A DNA stretch of 30,717 bases from assembly GCA_024276825.1 (NCBI GenBank), contig JAJRWI010000028.1, positions 1 to 30,717 on the forward strand. The letters run 5' to 3'. Positions 27,542-30,717 of this stretch are shown here, in pieces (the stretch's first letter is position 1; the number at the start of each line of letters is the position of its first letter). Under the pieces are notes generated by a model. The model was not told the DNA's origin, did no database searches, and worked only from the letters and a program-made list of their open reading frames with translations. Made by a program: the position numbers and the translations under genes. The stretch comes from an archaeon (GTDB lineage Archaea; Asgardarchaeota; Thorarchaeia; Thorarchaeales; Thorarchaeaceae).

Positions 27542-27568
27542 CGCCTTATATGAAAGGCGAATACTTTT
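27542..27568 (+). terminator. Short hairpin plus T-tract after the GNAT-like gene
   Basis: CGCCTT-ATATGA-AAGGCG followed by AATACTTTT, 12 nt after the stop. Confidence 0.4.
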
Positions 27569-27715
27569 CTTAGACAGATTTTATTATGAATATGCAAATT
27601 AAGAAAACAACATATTATGCCGGGAGGGTCTGATAAGGCAGGCTTTGGAAGCATTGAATCACGATTTGTTTGATAAACGCTTGACTCCAATTCCATCTCG
27701 AGGTCTACCCTCAAC

Positions 27716-27736
27716 GTGAGCACCAAGGGTGCTCAC
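27716..27736 (-). terminator. Perfect 9-bp hairpin just after the ATPase operon
   Basis: GTGAGCACC-AAG-GGTGCTCAC (plus-strand reading), 4 nt beyond the stop at 27741. Confidence 0.55.
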
Positions 27737-27740
27737 ACCA

Positions 27741-28832
27741 TTATTCTTCTTTTATCTCCCCGTATCTATGACATCTTATCCAATGTCCTTGTTCAACCTC
27801 TCGGTATTCCGGAATCTCGATTCTACAGATGTCTATTGCATAGTCGCATCTAGGATGAAATGGACAACCTTCTGGGACGCTTGCAAGATCTGGTGGTTCT
27901 CCCCTGATTCCTCGAAGTCGCGGTTTCTTTCCACCCGCCTTCATTCTCATCATCGCAATTGTGGGAAATGAGGACATGAGACCCATAGTATAGGGATGGC
28001 TTGGCTGATGAAACATCTGAACTGCATCGCCAAATTCCATTAGCTTGCCCGCATACATGACTGCCACTCTATCCGCCATCTCGGCAATGACTCCTGCATC
28101 ATGACTTATCAGAAGAATTGAAACATCAAACTCATCCCGCACCATTCTTAGCACATTCATGATCTGTCGCTGAATGGTCACATCAAGAGCACTTGTTGGT
28201 TCATCAGCAATTACAAGGTGTGGGGCAGAGATTAAGGCCATTGCAATTAAGATACGTTGTGCCTCCCCACCGCTGAAATTTGAAGGATCTAATACAAAAC
28301 GTGCTTTAGCATCCGCCAAGCTGACAAGATTGAGAAACTCCAATACTCTCTTCCTCATCTCGATGAGTCTGATGTCTTCATCATGAATCTCAAGGGGTTC
28401 TCCTGTCTGCATTCCAATACTGAACTGAGGGTTCAATGCATGAGCAAGACCTTGTGGTATGATTGAGATCTCTTTTCCTCTGATTTTAGTGAGTTCTTCC
28501 TCATCAAGAGCAGTGAGTTCGATATCCCTATAGAATACGCGACCCTGCATTCCTGGGCGCTCTTCTGCATTTTCTTCAAACTTCTTCACGAGTCCAGGAA
28601 CATTGGACGTGCCTGCATAGAACTTGGCCACCCGATTAAACAGACCTGTAATAGTAAGAAGTAGAGAGCTTTTGCCACATCCACTTTCGCCCAGAAGCCC
28701 GATACATTCACCTTCGTTAATTTCGAATGAAACATCATCGACTGCACGCACTAGTCCTTTCTTTGAAGCGTAATATGCACGCACATTCTCAACTCTGAGA
28801 AGCGGCTTTTTCTCGGACATATTCATTACCAA
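27741..28832 (-). CDS. OppD/DppD-like oligopeptide ABC ATPase with insertion
   Basis: Walker A GESGCGKS, signature FSGGEAQR, Walker B VIADEPT, H-loop ISHD, HPYT, and C-terminal GCPFHPRC..C..C. The start may be ATG 28826 or 28820. Confidence 0.92.
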   Translation of the reverse strand: MVMNMSEKKPLLRVENVRAYYASKKGLVRAVDDVSFEINEGECIGLLGESGCGKSSLLLTITGLFNRVAKFYAGTSNVPGLVKKFEENAEERPGMQGRVFYRDIELTALDEEELTKIRGKEISIIPQGLAHALNPQFSIGMQTGEPLEIHDEDIRLIEMRKRVLEFLNLVSLADAKARFVLDPSNFSGGEAQRILIAMALISAPHLVIADEPTSALDVTIQRQIMNVLRMVRDEFDVSILLISHDAGVIAEMADRVAVMYAGKLMEFGDAVQMFHQPSHPYTMGLMSSFPTIAMMRMKAGGKKPRLRGIRGEPPDLASVPEGCPFHPRCDYAIDICRIEIPEYREVEQGHWIRCHRYGEIKEE

Positions 28833-28867
28833 TTCCCTTCATTTAATTCATTTATTAAATGCTGTTA

Positions 28868-29998
28868 TTAGAACTCCATAGCAGGAAGTTCCTCATATCT
28901 ATGGCATGCTACCCAATGTTCTGATTCCACCTCTCGGAATTCAGGAATCTCACTTCTGCATGTGTCAATTGCAAACTTACATCGGGGATGAAAGGGGCAT
29001 CCGGATGGGGGATTCACCATATCTGGCAGAGATCCTGGAATCCCTCTGATCCGCATTCCTTTCTCACGTATCTTTCTGATCAATTCCATCGGAGGATTGC
29101 TCATGATGAATGCTCGTGTAAATGGATGTCCAGGTCGTTTGAACACAGTAGTGACATCACCAAACTCCATGAACTTACCAGCGGACATGACTGCAACCTT
29201 TTCAACTGACTGAGCAATTGTCCCTTGATTATTGCTGATCAATATCAATGCAAGATTCATTTTCTCTCGTGCAAGTGCAATGGCATCGAGAATTCTCCTT
29301 TGCACCCCAACATCTACTGCAGTGGTGGGTTCATCTGCAATCATTAGCTTTGGCTGCATGATTAATGCCATGGCAATCAATATTCTCTGGTCTTCACCCA
29401 GACTGAACTCTCCGGGTTTCAAAGTCTTTCTAATATCCACATCGCCAATCTCAACAAGATCTAGAACTTCCAGTACTCTTCTTGCAACCTCTTTCTCCCA
29501 GAGAATGTCATCATCATCATGTGCCCATAATGCCTCAGCCGTCTGTAACTCAATCTCAGTATAAGGGTTCAAAGACCCTGCAAGGCCTTGCGGAACATAA
29601 GTGATCTCATTACCGCGAATCTTTCTCATCTCTTTCTCAGTCAACGATAAAAGATCTTTGCCATCGAAGATGATATTCCCCCAGACCCCGGGTAATTCCT
29701 GATCAAGGTCCTCAAACCTCTTGCCTGCAGACTTTGCCTTATCATAAAGCTGCCAGAGTCTCTTGCTTTTCTCATCCCCTGATGATGAGGCATAAAATCT
29801 TGACAGATCATTGAATAGACCAAGGATTGACAATGCAATTGATGACTTCCCAGCACCGGACTCGCCAAATATGCCCAGTGCTTCCCCGCGTTTTAACTTA
29901 AAACTAACATCATCAACAGCTCTTAGAATTCCTCTTTTGGTTGTGTGATATGCTCTAAGACTCTCAACGCTTAAGAGACAATCATCATTATTGGACAT
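28868..29998 (-). CDS. OppD/DppD-like ABC ATPase with degenerate signature and H-loop
   Basis: GESGAGKS, MIADEPT, HPFT, GCPFHPRC..C..C. The signature reads FSLGEDQR and the H-loop reads ISNNQG. Confidence 0.9.
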   Translation of the reverse strand: MSNNDDCLLSVESLRAYHTTKRGILRAVDDVSFKLKRGEALGIFGESGAGKSSIALSILGLFNDLSRFYASSSGDEKSKRLWQLYDKAKSAGKRFEDLDQELPGVWGNIIFDGKDLLSLTEKEMRKIRGNEITYVPQGLAGSLNPYTEIELQTAEALWAHDDDDILWEKEVARRVLEVLDLVEIGDVDIRKTLKPGEFSLGEDQRILIAMALIMQPKLMIADEPTTAVDVGVQRRILDAIALAREKMNLALILISNNQGTIAQSVEKVAVMSAGKFMEFGDVTTVFKRPGHPFTRAFIMSNPPMELIRKIREKGMRIRGIPGSLPDMVNPPSGCPFHPRCKFAIDTCRSEIPEFREVESEHWVACHRYEELPAMEF

Positions 29999-30021
29999 AG
30001 TTTTGAATAGGCATGATTAGC

Positions 30022-30035
30022 TATAATAACATTCG
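30022..30035 (-). promoter_or_regulatory. Putative BRE-TATA of a leaderless transcript for the ATPase pair
   Basis: Minus strand reads CGAATG-TTATTATA, ending 23 nt before ATG 29998. No SD site is present. Confidence 0.55.
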
Positions 30036-30049
30036 AAGAGCGCATATGC

Positions 30050-30091
30050 AAAAAAAGGATTGGGAAGTCGGAGATATACTTCTCTGACTTC
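30050..30091 (-). terminator. Hairpin plus T7 tract after ahpC
   Basis: Minus strand GAAGTCAGAGA-AGTATA-TCTCCGACTTC (11 bp with one mismatch) followed by CCAATCCTTTTTTT. Confidence 0.65.
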
Positions 30092-30108
30092 GTCTGAAAG
30101 AAATGTGA

Positions 30109-30696
30109 TTAGATCTTCCCAACTAGCTCAATGGAGGGAGATAGCACTTCGGCTCCAGGCTTCCATCTGGCTGGGCATACCTTGCCTTCATGCTCGGAAA
30201 CGAACTTGGCAGCAAGGAACTTTCTAAGTATCTCCTCAATGTTTCTGCCAATATCATTGCTATGAATCTCAATTGAAACCACATGTCCATGCGGATCAAT
30301 TATGAAGGATGCACGCCATGAAAGACCGACATCTTCAATGTAGGTGCCAAAGATCTTGCAGAGCCTCCCAGCAGGATCTCCAACCATGGGATATTTGATC
30401 TTTGATATTGCCTTAGAGTGGTCGTGCCACGCCTTGTGAACATAGTGCGTATCAGTGCTGACACTCAATATCTCTGCACCGTTCTTTTTGAACTCCTCAT
30501 GGAACTCGGCAGCATCACTCAACTCTGTGGGGCATACGAATGTGAAGTCTGCAGGATAGAACAGAAGCACGAGCCACTTTCCCTTGAAGTCTCTCAACTT
30601 GATCTTTCCGAAATCATCCTTCTCAGGGAAATATGCGTCGAGCTCGATATCTGGAACCATATCTCCAATCTTGAGAGCTTTTACTTCTTCGCTCAT
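30109..30696 (-). CDS. ahpC: Typical 2-Cys peroxiredoxin, AhpC type
   Basis: FYPADFTFVCPTEL (peroxidatic Cys), VCPARWKPG (resolving Cys), C-terminal SPSIELVGKI. Confidence 0.95.
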   Translation of the reverse strand: MSEEVKALKIGDMVPDIELDAYFPEKDDFGKIKLRDFKGKWLVLLFYPADFTFVCPTELSDAAEFHEEFKKNGAEILSVSTDTHYVHKAWHDHSKAISKIKYPMVGDPAGRLCKIFGTYIEDVGLSWRASFIIDPHGHVVSIEIHSNDIGRNIEEILRKFLAAKFVSEHEGKVCPARWKPGAEVLSPSIELVGKI

Positions 30697-30717
30697 ATTT
30701 ACTCACTGGGAATTAAC

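Overview
This window is gene-dense and moderately AT-rich, with about 16 real genes, and most likely comes from an Asgard archaeon (Thorarchaeia-like). That assignment is inferred from a 7TM-longin/roadblock-like fusion, the style of the Ig repeats, BRE-TATA promoters and GAGGT(GA) Shine-Dalgarno sites. Genes in order: truncated FtsX/MacB permease, 4-TM protein, small helical protein, tandem DUF4140/DUF4139 (MuiA-like) paralogs, M20 peptidase, winged-helix protein, a fusion of a SAM methyltransferase with an HgcA-like corrinoid domain, TM helices and a 2x[4Fe-4S] ferredoxin, bacterial-type class I GAPDH, amidohydrolase, 7TM-longin-like protein, a 3993-aa membrane-anchored subtilase on a 32-repeat Ig stalk, membrane protein, GNAT-like protein, a stand-alone pair of atypical OppD-like ATPases, and AhpC. 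Best candidates for undescribed biology: (1) the methyltransferase-HgcAB-like fusion, (2) the orphan, partly degenerate OppD-like pair, and (3) the giant stalked protease, with its positionally fixed N-glycosylation sequons, next to a 7TM-longin receptor-like gene. I saw no rRNA, tRNA, CRISPR array or transposase. All family calls come from recognising motifs by eye, not from database searches.
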